Shown here: piece by piece, positions 26,235 through 38,527 of the stretch
Layout of the letters: every line of letters begins with the position of its first letter
Position numbering within the stretch: the stretch's first letter is position 1
NCBI GenBank assembly: GCA_012295275.1
Contig: CM022672.1
Location: 1,116,001 to 1,180,000, forward strand
Reading direction: 5' to 3'
DNA from: Chrysomallon squamiferum
Taxonomy: Eukaryota; Animalia; Mollusca
DNA: 64,000 nucleotides
Made by a program: the position numbers and the translations under genes
Notes under the pieces: generated by a model
What the model saw: the letters and a program-made list of their open reading frames with translations, nothing else
Databases searched by the model: none
What the model was told of the DNA's origin: nothing

Positions 26235-26402
26235 CCCATTTTTAACGCATGCGCACGGCGGAAGTACAGACCTTTCGTTTGCCGACTTTGTTTTAGAGTT
26301 AAGTCCCTTCGGAAAAACCGATATCGCGAAAGTTTACTTTAGGTCTGGGAAGTTCGGCAAACACGGATGTCATTTGACATTTGTTATTGATAAACGATAA
26401 TG
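26226..26402. promoter_or_regulatory. Bidirectional CpG-rich promoter shared by EXOC6 and the thioesterase gene
   Basis: Local CpG enrichment between divergent genes. NRF1-like ACGCATGCGCA at 26245-26255, ETS/GABP CGGAAGT at 26259-26265, and YY1-like GATGGCGG overlapping the EXOC6 ATG. A possible plus-strand 5' UTR donor ATG|GTAAAC lies at 26402/26403. Confidence 0.7.
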
Positions 26403-27306
26403 GTAAACTTGTAGTTTTTATCTGGTCATTGAGAAACATAAATTACATATATTTATGCTACCGTTGTCTTTATGTTTGCAAGAATAACTTAAAAAGAGCC
26501 ATATGATTAATTAATCGTAATCATTATCATACTCAGATACTGATAATGAATCTATAAATGATATATTATAATTATTATATAATTATATATAGTGCAGTAT
26601 AATGAGTATTACTATAGTGAAACTGCTTTTATTAGTATTAGTCTGTGTAGCCAGTGTCGTGTCAAAAATATTTACAAATTACAGATAATCCTCCTCAGCA
26701 GAGGTTTTCATTATTTAGATAATATATATATATATATTATATATATACTTTCACATTAATTCAGTTTGTCAATCAACTAGTTTTTCTTTCTTAATCTCAT
26801 TCATTGTTACAACGCTGACCAGCATTTGTTCACTATTTCAGAATAATAGGGTACAATTGCTACTCAACTTACTCTCTTCCCTTGTACAACAGTCTGTTAT
26901 TACAAATTTTGTATTAATGCTGAATTATACTGACAACTAAATATTGGATATTTGATAGTTGATACACTGGAGCTTAATTTTAATAACTAGTCATTATTGT
27001 TTGGTGATAAATGTTTATATATTGAAAATAAAATATTTGAATTTTGTTTCAAATTTTTAAATATTAAGTAAACTTAACAGTTACTTTGTAACTTTTCTGA
27101 CTTTACTATAATTAAGGCAGATGTTTTGATACATATATTATGAAACTTTTATTTTGTTTCTGATACAATTTCTGTTTTTTATTATTATTATTATTTTTTT
27201 TAGATATATTGCAATGAAATTTTATTGTTTTATTAGATTCACTAATTTCAGCTACTCTTTACAGATTTATATAACTTAACACTGTATTTTCAGCGACTTT
27301 AACAAG

Positions 27307-27430
27307 ATGCTGATGAACTGTCGCATTCCCCGCCCAGATGCGAGTTGCACACTTTTCTGTTTTCCCTGGGCTGGATCTGGTTCTAACTTTTATGCAGAAT
27401 GGGGAAGAAATATCTCAGATAATCTAGAAG
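27307..27430 (+). CDS. OLAH: OLAH-like coding exon 1
   Basis: [41 protein letters not shown]. The acceptor at 27293/27294 implies an upstream UTR exon. Confidence 0.88.
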
Positions 27431-28231
27431 GTAACAAAATAACAACAGCAGCAAAAACAAAATCCACCAATTAATAACAGTGGTAAACTTTAGATAGTAA
27501 CTATTAAAACAGTAAAATATTAAATAAACCTGTTTATGGAGTGTGAACATTTGAAGACTGGATTCTTCTAGCTGAAGGACTTCATGGTAGCTTGGATCAC
27601 GACATAGTAAAGGGTTGGTTACCTGTTGATTGCTAAGCATTGTATAGCTGAGGTACATACTTCAAGACTTTGTTAATTAATGCACTATATTTAATATAGT
27701 TTGGAAGGAACTGTTAAAAAATTAATTGGGAAATTTATATTTCATGTATGTCTAATATGTATAATTTAATACAATATCTGTTTTAGCAGTTTTGTGAATA
27801 CACTGAAAATCAGAAATCTTCAGATCATTGGTTTTCAGATGAAAGTTGCTGAAGTTGTGATGTATTTTCAGTTGTAGGTATAACCCTACCTGGTCGAGAA
27901 GGTCGATCTGGAGAACCTTTTGTCTCTTCTGTTCAAACTATTGTTGATGAAATTTCATCCAATATTCATGAAAACTACAGTAAAAAACCGTATGCTTTTT
28001 GGGGTCACAGGTTTGTATACACTTTGGAGTATTAAGTCATCTGAGATCTATATCTTTTGTTATTTTTGTTTGTTTGTTACACCACTGATTGTTACTGTTG
28101 TTTATTTCATTGGTTTTTTTAATTATAAATTGGTTAATAATAAGATTCCATTTACAATTTTTAATTTTTTTTTTTTAATTTTTCTTTTTTTTATTGGGAT
28201 TTATAAAATATTAATTTTTTTTTTTTATTAT

Positions 28232-28265
<34 letters not shown>

Positions 28266-28916
28266 CAGTTTGGGGGCTCTTCTTAGTTTTCAGACAGCCC
28301 TGGTGATGAAAGAGAAATATGGTTCAGAACCAGTTCAAATGTACTTGTCTGGAATCTCAGCCCCTCATGTACGTACATTGTTCATTTTCTTAATTCTTTC
28401 ACTGTGTGATTAAAAACAGCTCCCAGCTGAATCAGCAGAACTGATACAAACTGATATTAAGAGAAAAGGGTTAATTTAAATATGAATGCTATTCAAAATT
28501 ATTATTATCCCAATATGATAATAATTATCTTTTAAATTTATATTTATTTATTATTATTTTTATTTATTATATATCATATTTTTTATTATTCATTTATTTT
28601 TATTGATTATTATTATTTTTATATATTTTTTTTTATATTTATTTATTATGTGTTAAATGAATTTTTTTTTGCAGGCATCACAGAGTAAACAGGTTAAAAC
28701 TCGAGTCGCGGATATGACAGATGAAGAATTTATTCAGTTTTTACGCAATTTAGGTGAGGAATGAATTTATATGCACCTCATAACATCTCAGTGATATTTT
28801 ATATTTGTATATACATATACATATACATATACATACACATATGTATGCTTATACATATACATACACACACATACGCATATGCATATGCATATACATATAC
28901 ATACACATACACATAC

Positions 28917-28982
<66 letters not shown>

Positions 28983-29156
28983 TCATATACATATACATAT
29001 TCATATACAGACACATACTCATACATATGCTTATACATATACATATACATATACATACACATACATATACATACACATATATTTACGTAAGCATATACAT
29101 ACATATACATATACATATACTTACACATATACATATGTATGCTTATACATATACAC

Positions 29157-29223
<67 letters not shown>

Positions 29224-31742
29224 CACATACACATACATACATACACATACACATACATATATACATACACATATGCTTATACATGTCCATGTACATCTAC
29301 ATATACACATATCTATACATCTATATATATATATATAGATAGATAGATAGATAGATAGATACATACATACATTAGCTGATATAATGTTTAAATGGGTAAA
29401 TATGTAAAACAGCTCTGTGTTCATCTATGGGTAACTCAATGGTTTTAGGCTTTAAAATTCAGGAGGACAAAATAATTGTATAGTCATTTTAAAGTATCTA
29501 CACACATGCAAGAAGCAATTTTCTTTCTTATTTAAATATGTCAATCATTTTATCAAAAAAGTATTATTATTATTGTTATTTTTTCATGTTGATATTGTTA
29601 TATATCTGGTATTTGTGTTTAAGTCTCTGAGTGTAGTGTGTGAATGTGTGTGTGTCTGCATGTGAGTGTGTGTTCTTAAACATATCTCAACTCTTAAACC
29701 TCCTATTCTAAACACCAAAGAAAATGATAAACCTCTAGTTCTGATATGAAATGAAAGATCATCTGTTTTATAAATGTGTGTGTGAGTGAGTGTGTATGTT
29801 AAAAAGGCTTGCAAAATAGTATTATTAACAGCAACAAAAACAAAAATGAAGGAACATTTTTTCAAAAATATCTGTCATAAAACTGTTGCATTTTTATTTA
29901 ACAAAATGTGGGTTTGAAAGAAGAAAGAAAAAACTGTAACTTAATGACAGCCTTATTAAATATTTACTAACTCTCTAGGTTATTTACCTATGTTTGACAT
30001 GAATACATTGTACTTGAGTTCATTGACATATATAACAGCCCTGAGACATAATTAACATTTTAACTTTTTCCTCTCTTGTTTATTTTTTTTCTGTTTGTAA
30101 TCTTCATGAGTTGTTTTTATGCATGGTTTGATTGGTGAGGTTTTGTTTTGTATATTATTTCATCAAAAATGTTTGAGTTGGTTGTATCCTGTGGGGGTAG
30201 AGCACTAACCAAGAGGTGTGATTGATCAATTCTAAATCCTTAACAGTTTTTCCCATTCTAATCAGAGTTACTTGATTCATATCTAGAAGTCATGATATGT
30301 TGATTCCTGCTTTAGAAAAAATATGTGTGTAAAAAACATTAGGTGTGTGTGTGTTTGTAATACTAACATACACATACACACACTCAGACTTAACAGTTTT
30401 ATTGTGAACACTACATTTTAGAATATACTAATATAGAAAATGAATTTTATTAAGTCTTACACATTAAAAAAATAATAAAAATAAAAATATAAAATAAATA
30501 TTAGAGGTTTTGCATTATTACTTGAAAACATCAAACGATTGTTCATTTCGCTGTTTCATGGTTATTTTTTTTCCCTGTATGAAAATATACATTTTTTTAA
30601 TCAATCAGTGAGTAAGTCCACACACACACACACACACATATATATATTTCAATTTTAGGAGGAACCCCTCCAGAACTTTTGAGAGATCGTGATATGATGA
30701 ATGTTTACTTACCAGTACTTAGAGCAGACTACAATTTACTGGATCAGTTTGAGTAAGTCTGTTACATTCTTTCATTATAATATTCTAGAGTTAAAAATAA
30801 GAACTAGAGAAGGTTTCATCAGTAATAATTTACAAACTGGATTAAAAAACAGCCTATGTACATTTTATATACTTTTATATATGTATTTTAGCCTATCAAC
30901 CTTTGATAATAATAAAAAATCATAAGTATGAGGAGATCAGTTTTATCTGGCTTTTCAACTCGCACACACGCACGCACACACTTACATTTTAACATGGATT
31001 GATTAAACACTTGAGCTGTATAAAAAGTCTTTTAAAAATAATATATCAAAATAATAAAGCTTAACTAATCCACTCTTTTCAGCTACACATTACCTGAAGG
31101 AGATCCACCATTTTCCTGTCCATTCAGCTTCTTTGATGGTAAAGATGATGTCCAACATGATATCTACTGTAAGCATTCTCATTTTATTTTGATAATTAGC
31201 CAAGATTCAGATTATAAAGTCAGATATTTATTTGTAATTGTGATGTCATCATAAATAAGGTAGACCAGTTGACTCTCAGATTTCAGAATAAATGTAGCTG
31301 TCTGTCACAACCACTGACATTCCTGCTACAGTTGTGATGTAGTAGTACTGTGTTTATTGTTGTGCTGTGTTACTAGCAGTCATAGATTGTCCAAAATAAT
31401 GACAGTTTGTTTTTTACATCATTTATTCATAACGTTTAACATATATTTACACATAAATGAATTAGCATTCATGGTATTATTAATGTGTTTAAGGACTGGT
31501 TACATATGATTTTAAATGTTTATATTTTCAAATTTGAACCAATGACCACTAACTTGAATTAAAGTGTATATCATAAAATAAATCTTTCTTTTTTTTTTGC
31601 AGCATGGAGACAAGTTACAAGTGGACCATTCTCAGTGAAGAAACTACCTGGCGGCCATTTCTACTTAAAAGATGAGAAAAACAAGGAAGCATTGCTAGAT
31701 ATAATAAATAAAGATTTCAGTGGAATGAATGAAATGCTTTAA
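27307..31742 (+). CDS. OLAH: Type II thioesterase / S-acyl fatty acid synthase thioesterase, medium chain (OLAH-like), 7 coding exons, 253 aa
   Basis: Spliced CDS of 762 nt with GT-AG junctions and consistent phases. Motifs [20 protein letters not shown] (catalytic Ser), GGTPPE, LRAD, GKDD (Asp) and PGGHFYL (His) match the TEII/GrsT family. Confidence 0.92.
27872..28010 (+). CDS. OLAH: OLAH-like exon 2
   Basis: [47 protein letters not shown]. Confidence 0.93.
28269..28368 (+). CDS. OLAH: OLAH-like exon 3
   Basis: [33 protein letters not shown]. Confidence 0.93.
28675..28753 (+). CDS. OLAH: OLAH-like exon 4
   Basis: [26 protein letters not shown]. Confidence 0.92.
28807..29370. repeat. (ATACAT)n hexanucleotide array grading into (TA)n/(GATA)n
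   Basis: Seen directly. It is the source of the many H/I/Y/T/V/M/C low-complexity ORFs in the track. Confidence 0.95.
30190..30330 (+). mobile_element. Highly decayed SINE fragment
   Basis: GGTAGAGCACT...GATCAATT...TTTCCCATTCTAATCAG...TCATGATATGT follows the same motif order as the other SINE copies. Confidence 0.35.
30659..30752 (+). CDS. OLAH: OLAH-like exon 5
   Basis: [31 protein letters not shown]. Confidence 0.93.
31083..31168 (+). CDS. OLAH: OLAH-like exon 6
   Basis: [29 protein letters not shown]. Confidence 0.92.
31603..31742 (+). CDS. OLAH: OLAH-like terminal exon 7
   Basis: [46 protein letters not shown]. Confidence 0.93.
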
Positions 31743-32155
31743 TGATAAATGAAACTTTTAAAGTGGTTTTAAATGATCTGAATATATATATATATATATT
31801 TGGAAGATTTATCTATTTCTAGCCATATCTCAGTCTGTCTATCTATCCATCCATCTATATATCAATCTGTCTATCTTTCTATCTCTTCACACAACAGAAA
31901 CCTAAAGAAATGCAGAATTCATTGTTAAATAGGTTGTATATGTCTATAAAACACAGTATGCTTGACATACTATGCAAAAATAATAACATAAAATGTTTAG
32001 TTTATAAAAAAAATTAAGATATATATTTTTTGATAAATAATTTTATACAAAGTTAATGTTTTATATAAGTTTAAGATATATTTATAATTTTTTAAGTTTG
32101 ATTTTTAGATTTTATTCCTGCCATATATTTCTATCATTTTCAGGGAAACCTTTTA

Positions 32156-32189
<34 letters not shown>

Positions 32190-33365
32190 ACAAATGTACA
32201 CATAAATACAAACACACTCACACATAAACACACATACAGACAAACACTTAATGATATAAAACAATGTAAAGGTATTGATGTTGATCTTTACAAAAATTCA
32301 GGTGATTTCCACAACAAATTTAATTAGTTGTTTTAATTATGAGACAACTTTGTCCCTGTGATGAGGTTTGGCTGTGTATAATTTAACCAGTTCATCAAAC
32401 AATGCAATTATTTATGCTCATAATTATGTGATCTCACTGCAGTGATTCAAACACACATAATAATAATATTTTATTTTCTGAAAAACACATTTATTTACCA
32501 TAACAAATTGTTTGATAACAAATCTATGCAAAATTGTTGTTCTTCTAATGTATATAGTATATTTGAAAATTTAATTTTATTGTTCTGAAATATAAAAAAA
32601 AAAATATTTAAAATGTGGTCAATAAATAAGATGATATATTAACATACATATAAGTATTAACTAATTATATTTACTTACTTATTTACTATTAACACATTTT
32701 GAATTTTACTGTTACAAGTGTTACGACTCATAATTCTGGAATTACCTCTTTCTGTATGGAAGTGTCATCTACTTCTGTAATGCAGACAAGAAACAGGCTT
32801 TCAGTGACCAGTTCTAAAAGCTTATTGTTTTATTTTCTTTAATATTATTTTCAGTAAGAAATAGTCAACATTATGAAATACCACAAAAAAAAAAAAAGGT
32901 ACCATCCAAAAACAGGACATTGTGTAAATGTATTACATTATATTTGATGGATGCTGACCCTATCAGAATTATGTTGATTCTATTGTAATATTTCTGTTTT
33001 TGGTTCCTGTGTTATTTGTAACTGTTCTAGATACACACTGAATTCCAATGAAGGCTAGACATTATTTTTTAGCCAAGTGATGTTTATTTTGGGGTTTTTT
33101 TAATGACAAAATTCATTTTTATAAACATTTTATTGTAATCATATTTTCATAAATTATTTTTATTTTGATTTTATTTTTATTTATTTTATTTTTTAATTAA
33201 TTAATGTTTTATATTATGTTTTGATTCTGTTTGTCAATTCATTAATTTTGATGCATTGTATTTTCTTATGTGTATCCATGCCTTTTACTGTTTTAGAATT
33301 ATATAATTAACCTCAAGATTTGTCTTTGAGCAAAATTAACTCTGTCAAAATCCCTTTTTGATTTT

Positions 33366-33371
33366 AATAAA
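33366..33371 (+). terminator. Candidate polyadenylation signal of the OLAH-like gene
   Basis: AATAAA at the end of a long T-rich stretch, followed by GTTTGTTTT. Other AATAAA hexamers lie upstream. Confidence 0.3.
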
Positions 33372-34033
33372 GAAACTAAAAATATTACGAAGTTTGTTTT
33401 AATTCTGTAAATAGAGGAGTTTTTGTCAGTTTTACTTTCTAACCAGCTTGATATTTTTGTTACGTTTATTTCAGAAGAAGAAGAATATTTAGAATTTGTT
33501 TTCTTTCTTTAAAAAATAATGGGGTATCTTCAAAAAGACCTAGAAAATTCATTTATGATTAATGTGCAGCTTATGCACCAAGCCTACTTAATAATTCTAT
33601 ACAGTATTTTATTAAATAATAGAATTTGTATACATTAGAATGCAGTGGTTTTTCTACCTCAAATGATCAAAAAGTTTAAAATAAAGGATTTTTTTAACAG
33701 TGCATATGAACATTCTGTCAACCCATCACATAAGATAATACTTTGAGAGGGAAAATATAATTTAAAAATAAATAAATAAACATGTAAAACGATAAAAGGA
33801 ATAAAATAAATTACTTCCCATAAACCAAGTGTGTTAGAAAATTATGGGTAGGTAAGCTATGTTATCTTAAAAGTTAGAAGTTATCTTTCTTGGATTAATA
33901 AATATATTTTTTAAATATCCATCGTTGCTAACTAGGTTTTTGCTAAATAATAACATTTTTAGATTATAATAATGTACTTTGACCATATGAACTACTGTTT
34001 TATAGATGCAAATTATACATTATTTGAGCGGGG

Positions 34034-34082
<49 letters not shown>

Positions 34083-34111
34083 TAACTTTTATAACCATCG
34101 GTTACAACGTT

Positions 34112-34159
34112 CGGGAATTCCCGGTGAAGGTCAAAGATCATGCTATTGTTATGACGTCA
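34112..34159. promoter_or_regulatory. Motif cluster: kappaB palindrome, DR1-like nuclear receptor site and CRE
   Basis: CGGGAATTCCCG at 34112-34123, AGGTCAAAGATCA at 34128-34140 and TGACGTCA at 34152-34159. Confidence 0.4.
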
Positions 34160-34704
34160 CAACTAGACGCCAAAATGACATAACCAAATGGAGTTCAGCT
34201 GTTTTAGACACTTAGGTATTGTTTTTCTTTTCTTTTTATTTCTTTATTTTGTTTTGGACATGAAGAATTTATGTGAAGCTTATTGTGTTTTTATTCATAA
34301 AAAGATAAAAAGTAATATGCTAATTAGACAAAGAAGTATGGATGTTCAGAAACAGAAATATACACACATACACTGATATATATTTATATATACATTTGTC
34401 AGAGATTGATTAACATAGGCGTATTTCAGAAACGTTTTCCCTCATGCAGATTATTGTAATCACAGAAACATACGTCAACACGTGTATATAAACAAACTAC
34501 ATCTACGAAATGTTCTGGAACAAATTTGTTTCGGTACAGTCAAAGAATTAATCCAAAGTCAGACATCATTTTATCTCGAAGTAACCTTCAATTTTTATTT
34601 ATTTATTTATTTATTTATTATTATTATTATTATTTTTATTATTATTATTATTACTACCACTACTACTACAACAACAACAACAACAAGGTGGAGAAAGTAA
34701 ACTA

Positions 34705-34930
34705 TTTTCCTCCTTACCATTGCCTGCTCTTACTTGTTAGCAGGAAGAGTGTTAATTCTGATTTGAAATTCAACTTTTATATGAAACTTCTCATAATACC
34801 ACAAATGAAAACACTGAAGACAATGTTTGCTACACCAGTCATTTAGCGGAAAATTAAGCATTTCAGCAGTGGTAACTGTGAGGATCGATCCCACGTCCAA
34901 TCAGACTAGCAGGCCACTACTGAGATACTT
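34705..34930 (-). mobile_element. Decayed tRNA-derived SINE
   Basis: CTCTT...TTAGCAGGAAGAG...TTTTATATG...TTTGCTACACCAGTCAT...GAGGATCGATCCCAC...CTACTGAGATAC reads as the reverse of a SINE head and body. Confidence 0.5.
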
Positions 34931-35371
34931 TCTGCGCCTTAGAAATTCCAGAATAAAGATAATATTGGCGCCATTCGGTTTAACCTGAGATCTTGTTTTT
35001 CAGACGCACGTCACAATAAAATCCAGTGAAGAGATGTTACCTACCGCGAGTTTCAGTTTATAACATCTAAAAATAAACAGTGAACATTTTCAAAAGTTGA
35101 AAAAGGAAATTAGTGCCAGTTTATTAAGTTATTTCAACCTAAAACCAAAATTATTTTGTAATGTGTCTTAATTTATCGACACTTGTTAAGTTCCTTGGGT
35201 GCATTGAATCACATTACAAAATTAAAGTATTTAATTAAAATTAGACTCCTTCTGTTGTTGTTGTTGTTGTTGTTGTTTTTGTTGTTGTTGTTGTTGTTGT
35301 TGTTCTTCTTCTTCTTATTATTATTATAGAGGCTGGAATTTCTTCTTCTTATTTTTTGTTTGTTTGTTTGT

Positions 35372-35423
<52 letters not shown>

Positions 35424-36920
35424 TGATGATGATGATGATGATAAAAACGAAAAGTTGCAGGATTTTTCTTTCTTTTCCAATTATTTTGTTCTTTCAAATG
35501 TTTAATATGATGATGAAAATAAATAAATAAAGGTATAAAGAAAAAAAAAAAATAACATCACCACCACCAACAAGAACAAACAAACAAAAAAAGAGAAAAA
35601 AAGAAGAAAGACAAAAATAAGACATAAACAAACAAAAAAAATAATCATGCCAGCATCCACTAAAACTGCAGTTTTTTAAGAAAATGTTTATCAGTACATC
35701 AAGTTAACTTTTAATAGTAAAATAATTTCTTATCGCTGTCCTTAAAATAACGTCTTCGGTATTGAGATCTGTCGAAATGGCTATAAATGATATCAATGAC
35801 TCAACAGATATAAAACATAACATTCACCAGAGACGTGTCCAGAAAAGTTAAATTTTTAATTTGACTTTTCTGTTTAACGAACTGCAAACTAAAAGCCTGG
35901 AGATCACTGACTTTTTGTGCAAGCAGCAGACAAATTATACTATGTCGTACTGCATCTCTGTCTGCTTTTGTCGTGAAGACGTATTACGACCAGGTACTGA
36001 CCCAGACGATTAAACCCAGACCTCTCTCGATGCACGACACACACGTTTGAAGAGTTCCATACGCACGCTGAAGACAGCTCCTCGCTATACAGTTATAAAA
36101 TTATAGTAGAAATATTTTTTAGAAAAACTGTAGATGAGAAATTTTAAGAATAAGAGACCTTTACTGAGTAAAGTTATTTGAAGTTCACGTACCGCAGTTT
36201 AAAATTCTATTTTTTTATTGTTATTTTTATTACTGATATTGTTGTTGTTATTGCTGTTATTGTAACAATCATCATCATCGTCGCTATCGTAAGCTCAAAT
36301 GTTTATTTTGAGGGAATAATATCACAATAAATAAAAAAAACTAATGCATTCGTTCATCTTCACAAATTTATAAAAACTTTATTATTAGCCAGTAATGGTT
36401 GTCACAAGTATGCAAAACATGTTTAGGCTATTTCCTCGCACCATCAAAGGTACACTTTATCCAGTTTATTGCGTACGCAAATTATCCTTCGCTACCACTG
36501 ATTCTGTTTGACATATACAAAATCAAAACAGCACACTCTTCAGCTGTTCAAGTTACTGTTTTCTTTGGCTGCCATTTACATAATCTGAGCATTTAGCCAA
36601 ATCTCGATCAGTAATTAAAGTCAGGTTTAAGTGTATTTTCTACTTTTTACAGTAATCGTCGGATATACTTAATTGCACTCAGCGTTAGCAGAGCGGAAAC
36701 GTGATCTAAATGGCAAACGTAAAGTTAAACACTGCAGGATAGGAGAGCGTTTTAACTTATACTTTTTGCGTGCAAAAGGTTATTTTCAGGTTGTTGCTTT
36801 TTTTTTTTTTTTTTTTTGGTGAATGTTATGTGGTGATTTATTTTTTCTGAAGGTTAAATTGTAAATCTTAGTACAAATGAATCAATGTAGTAACAAGAAC
36901 AAGAAGACAATATGCACATA

Positions 36921-36923
<3 letters not shown>

Positions 36924-36986
<63 letters not shown>
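36924..36986. repeat. (CT)n microsatellite
   Basis: Seen directly. Confidence 0.95.
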
Positions 36987-36988
<2 letters not shown>

Positions 36989-37771
36989 AAATATCAGTGT
37001 TATTGTTTTTGTTTTTTAAATTACTCTTCTCATATGAGTTTATAGACAAACAAAATGGTTGAAAAACAAATTCTTAAAGTGCTTTAGTTATATTCTTTCT
37101 TTTTTTAAATCTGGGTGTGGCATATAGTGTATTTTATCTCATTTCTCTCTCGATTTTTTTTTTGACTTGTAAACTGAAAAGATTTCAATGTGTGATGCCT
37201 AATTTAAAATTTTAAAGGTATTTAGGTTCCTGGTTTGTGTATAGTGCTAGGCAAAGTGACCTAACTCTATCTATCTATCTATCTATCTATCTATATGCAT
37301 GTGTATATGAATAAATGAGTTATTACTTTATTCAAAATCATGAAATAAAAATAACAAGGAATAAGTAATTATCTGGATCCCTTAGAAATCACTTTCCAGT
37401 TTCGATTACCTTCTGAACTATTAATCTGCTGTCTTGCTGCATTCTGTCAGAGTAAATAAACTTTCTTTGGGGCTTATGTGGATGCTCTAAAGAACCGAAG
37501 TGTCAATATTTATTGCTTTAGTCTGCAAACGTCTGAATCTAATTTGTTTCAAATATTACTGGGAAACCCTGCAGAACAGTTATTCAGGACAAAAAGGTTA
37601 AAGCGTGGGCAAAGAGGTTTTTCTTTTCTTTTTTATATTTTCTTTTCGTTATTCTTCCATTTTTTTTAAAATTATTATTATTATTTTTTATTTGATATAT
37701 CTATCTATCTATCTATCTATCTATATATTTAAAAATAAATAAAAATTAAAAATATATATAATTGTATATGC

Positions 37772-37773
<2 letters not shown>

Positions 37774-37838
<65 letters not shown>
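37774..37838. repeat. (AG)n microsatellite
   Basis: Seen directly. Confidence 0.95.
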
Positions 37839-37840
<2 letters not shown>

Positions 37841-38467
37841 AAAAAGAAAACAAAAAAGAAACGGTTGTTTTTGCTAGATACGTGCAAAAAAGTAATTATT
37901 TACTCATTATAGTTTTAAAGGTTATTCGTTCCAGTGGCAATGTATTTCTCTAGATACCTGAATAGATCATATTTCAAAGCGATTACAGACTTTTTGGATG
38001 GCTTCTCAAACCAAAGGTTATTATTGTTATTATTATTATTATTATTATTTTCTTTTTTTCTTCAAATTTTTAATTTTTAATTATTATCCATTTGATCTTC
38101 TTTTAGTTTTTGTTTGTTTGTTTTTCTGTTTAATTCTTTGTAAAAACGTGCTATTCATGGAATGAAAGTTTTTTTTATACTTCAGACAGTAAAACAAAAG
38201 TGTGGAGGAAAATTACAAAATAATATCAATATGGAAATATTCGAAGGACGCTAGATGACTAATAAATCAAGCAGAAATGATTACATTTGTCAAAAAAATA
38301 CTTTCGTAACGATCTGTTAGTACAATGTGAGTCACAAATTAAAGAAAATGACAGACTCCATGCTATTCCTTTGGCGTCTTATACTACTGTCTTATGTTTC
38401 GTATTAGTAATGGATGATAATATGAGTAAAGAACAAACAAACCCATAATTTAGAAACACATACATTT

Positions 38468-38527
<60 letters not shown>

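Noticed and set aside
26061-26342. 93-aa plus-strand ORF at the promoter
   Set aside because: It is an antisense shadow of EXOC6 exon 1 and GC-rich promoter DNA, with no recognisable protein.
28761-29424. Cluster of 67-177 aa ORFs on both strands
   Set aside because: These are translations of the (ATACAT)n array inside a thioesterase intron.
35870-36090. CpG-rich block as a coding exon
   Set aside because: The frames examined give short unrecognisable peptides, so it is more likely regulatory or UTR sequence.
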